From positions 1 to 47,127 of the forward strand of contig CAYQUV010000002.1 of assembly GCA_964421005.1 (NCBI GenBank): a DNA stretch of 47,127 bases, in the 5' to 3' direction. Positions within the stretch are counted from its first letter, which is position 1, and each line of letters opens with the position of its first letter. Made by a program: the position numbers and the translations under genes. Under the pieces are notes generated by a model. That model was not told the DNA's origin. It searched no databases and worked only from the letters and a program-made list of their open reading frames with translations. Of the stretch, positions 45,281 to 47,127 are shown piece by piece. The stretch is from an uncultured Candidatus Saccharibacteria bacterium. Lineage in GTDB: Bacteria > Patescibacteriota > Minisyncoccia > Minisyncoccales > CG1-02-41-26.

Positions 45281-45377
45281 TCAAACAGTTCTTTGACACA
45301 AAGCAATGGATGAAGATGGGAAAAAATAAAGATAAAGTGAGGTAAATAAAAAAAGAGAGCATAGACAAAAAAGAAAG

Positions 45378-45968
45378 GTGAGAAAGATGAACGCGAGAAG
45401 AAAAATAAAAGAGCCGATAAAAAGAGTGATGGCGAACATCAGCAAGGTCACAATAGGGGTAATAATGGAGACATTGGGAGAGATAAAAGAAATGGAGGAA
45501 ATAAAAGAGTTAAAACTGATTAAGACAGAAGTGGTTGTTACTTTGACCACTCTAGTGATAACTTTTTTTGCTTTAATTTGTTTTCCAGAAAAGATGGAAA
45601 ATTACCGAATGGTTATTATCAGTGGATTTGTAGCTCTGGTTGGTTTATTCTTTGCCTTGGTTGCTTGTTTGAGCAAGGATGACGCTGATATTCCTTCTAG
45701 CCCTGGTTTTGCCGTTTTTATTGGAGCCATCTTTGCTTTTATCTACACCACTCATCATTCTATTTTCACAATTTTCGGTAAAAAAGGTTTTTTAACCTTC
45801 GATTCTGTTTTTTCCGTCATTTTTATCCTTTTTTTCGTCATTTCTGTATCTACTTTTTTAATGAAAAGAAGGAGAGAAATAATTAGTGTTTTGACTTTTT
45901 TTCTGACTATATTGGTCAATTTCGGGATATTATGGATGTTGTACGAAATCTCAAAATTATCTTCTTAA
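45378..45968 (+). CDS. Integral membrane protein (four or five TM), unknown function
   Basis: 196 aa. Basic N-terminus, then hydrophobic helices. The ATG at 45387, preceded by AAAGGTGA, is the more likely start. Followed by a clean terminator. The overlapping minus-strand 89-aa ORF is judged a shadow. Confidence 0.6.
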   Translation: MRKMNARRKIKEPIKRVMANISKVTIGVIMETLGEIKEMEEIKELKLIKTEVVVTLTTLVITFFALICFPEKMENYRMVIISGFVALVGLFFALVACLSKDDADIPSSPGFAVFIGAIFAFIYTTHHSIFTIFGKKGFLTFDSVFSVIFILFFVISVSTFLMKRRREIISVLTFFLTILVNFGILWMLYEISKLSS

Positions 45969-45972
45969 ATCT

Positions 45973-45998
45973 AAGGCAGGAAGATTTTCCTGCCTTTT
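45973..45998 (+). terminator. Intrinsic terminator
   Basis: AAGGCAGGAA (45973..45982), loop GATT, TTCCTGCCTT (45987..45996), running into a T-tract. Confidence 0.8.
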
Positions 45999-46076
45999 AT
46001 TTTAGAAATTAAATTTCTTTTTTAGAACTAACTTAGAACTAGAATTATCAGAAATAGAGAATGTCTAACCAACACT

Positions 46077-47127
46077 TCTAGGACTGCAAGACATTTGTAA
46101 CACATAGGGTATACTAAAAATAGGTCGAAATTAGTTTAAAATCTTAATTTTAGTATATCTTTATGTCTCAAGAACAAAGATTAGTTAATTTAAGGCTCTC
46201 TTGGTTTCGCCACGTCCAAGAGATTACCCATAATGTGGCTAAAACTTGCCGTTATTACGGCATAGCCCGGAGAACTTACTATTTCTGGTGGAATAGATAT
46301 CAAGAGAAAGGCATTGACGGATTAAAAGATCGTTCTAGAAGGCCTATTCATAGCCCGAGGGCCACTAAAGCCGAGGTTGTAGAGAAACTTATCTATCTGG
46401 GGCAACATTATTATTTTGGTTCAAAGAAAATTCAGATGTATCTTTTAAGATATCATGATATCAAGATGGCTGCCTCAACTATTCACCGTATTTTAAAGAA
46501 ACTAGGAATGAATAGGTTACCAACTAATCAGCGATACCGCCCCTTAAGAGAAAGATTCAAAAGATACGAGAAACCAATTCCTGGTCATTATCTCCAAATC
46601 GATGTTAAATTCTTAGCTCCGATTCCGGGAGTGAGCCAACGAAGATTTTACCAATACACTGCTGTTGATGACTGTACAAGAATTAGAATTCTAAAAATCT
46701 ATGAGAGATGTAATTAAAGCAACTCTATTGAATTCGTGGATTACACCTTGTCTAAACTGCCTTTCCCGGTGCACGCTATTCAGACTGATAACGGCTCAGA
46801 ATTTGGACCACAGTTTCATTGGCACATCCTAGACAAAGGCATTCAACATCGCTACATTAAACCTCATACTCCAAGACTAAATGGCAAGATAGAACGTTCT
46901 CACCGTATCGACGAAGAAGAATTTTACCGTATGCTTCAAGGAGTAGTGATTGATAATTCCAAGCTCTTTAACGAGAAACTTCGAGAATGGGAAACCTTCT
47001 ACAATTTTCAAAGGCCGCATGGCTCTCTTGCCGGTCGAACCCCTTTTGAGAGGTTGCAAGAGAAGCTTAAAGAATTATCATTAACAAAAGGTACTCTATG
47101 ATGTTATCGATGTCTGCCGAACCTACA
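46077..47127 (+). mobile_element. IS481-family-like insertion sequence ending at the window edge
   Basis: Single transposase frame. Candidate imperfect terminal inverted repeats: left TCTAGGACTGCAAGACATTTGTAACACATAGGGTA (from 46077) against the reverse complement of the last bases, TGTAGGTTCGGCAGACATCGATAACATCATAGAGTA. About 25 of 36 positions match with one gap. Confidence 0.6.
46163..47101 (+). pseudogene. IS481-type DDE (rve) transposase interrupted by a single in-frame TAA
   Basis: The two track ORFs (46163..46717 and 46736..47101) are in the same frame, separated only by the TAA at 46715..46717. N-terminal HTH region. DDE elements LQIDVKFL, YQYTAVDDCTR, IQTDNGSEF, HTPRLNGKIERSHR. Confidence 0.75.

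Noticed and set aside
45281-45550. 89-aa minus-strand ORF overlapping the start of the 196-aa membrane-protein gene
   Set aside because: The plus-strand ORF has a promoter-like TTGACA-17-TATAAA upstream, a GGTGA ribosome-binding site and a clean terminator downstream. The minus-strand ORF has none of these and reads as Phe/Ile/Leu/Ser noise.
46715-46717. In-frame TAA in the transposase considered as evidence of stop-codon reassignment or programmed read-through
   Set aside because: TAA terminates conserved genes at the expected length elsewhere in the window (for example rpmH at 26077..26079 and the PocR-like relic). All other long ORFs are intact under the standard code. A point mutation or sequencing error is the simpler explanation.
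28004-47127. Calling the whole right-hand region an integrative conjugative element or prophage
   Set aside because: I could recognise no relaxase, coupling protein, tyrosine or serine recombinase, capsid, terminase or portal genes, attachment-site repeats or flanking tRNA. The only mobility gene is the IS transposase.

Overview
The window is AT-rich, densely coded bacterial sequence read with the standard code. Long conserved ORFs stay intact, so there is no sign of stop-codon reassignment. All family calls come from motifs read by eye, because no database search was possible. The gene content resembles a small-genome, Patescibacteria/CPR-like organism, but that is inference only: a short YidC, a PolA without a proofreading domain, lamin-tail-domain surface proteins and pilin-fusion giants.

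There are three parts.

(1) 1-9.5 kb is a signalling and accessory patch. It holds a CheY-like regulator and a PAS histidine kinase, then a tandem array of an unknown 198-aa family with one intact and two decayed copies. Next come two HAMP 'stub' receptors bracketing two 7-TM proteins and a geranylgeranyl-reductase-like flavoprotein. It ends with an apparently circularly permuted MBL-fold protein and a decayed PocR-domain gene.

(2) 9.5-28 kb is core and origin-proximal: polA, tsaE, a PilB/GspE ATPase, ruvB, yebC-ruvC, PBP1A, dnaN-dnaA, and divergent rpmH-rnpA-yidD-yidC-jag.

(3) 28-45 kb is the stand-out. It is a tightly packed eight-gene minus-strand operon: PrgI/VirB3-like, a 214-aa protein, a VirB4-like ATPase and a small membrane protein. 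These are followed by four exported proteins of 1809, 1746, 376 and 625 aa. Two of the four carry paralogous N-terminal T4SS-pilin-like modules, and three are very cysteine-rich with novel repeats. No relaxase, coupling protein or VirB6 is visible in the window.

The window ends exactly at the apparent terminal inverted repeat of an IS481-like element whose transposase carries one in-frame TAA. I found no rRNA, tRNA or CRISPR.
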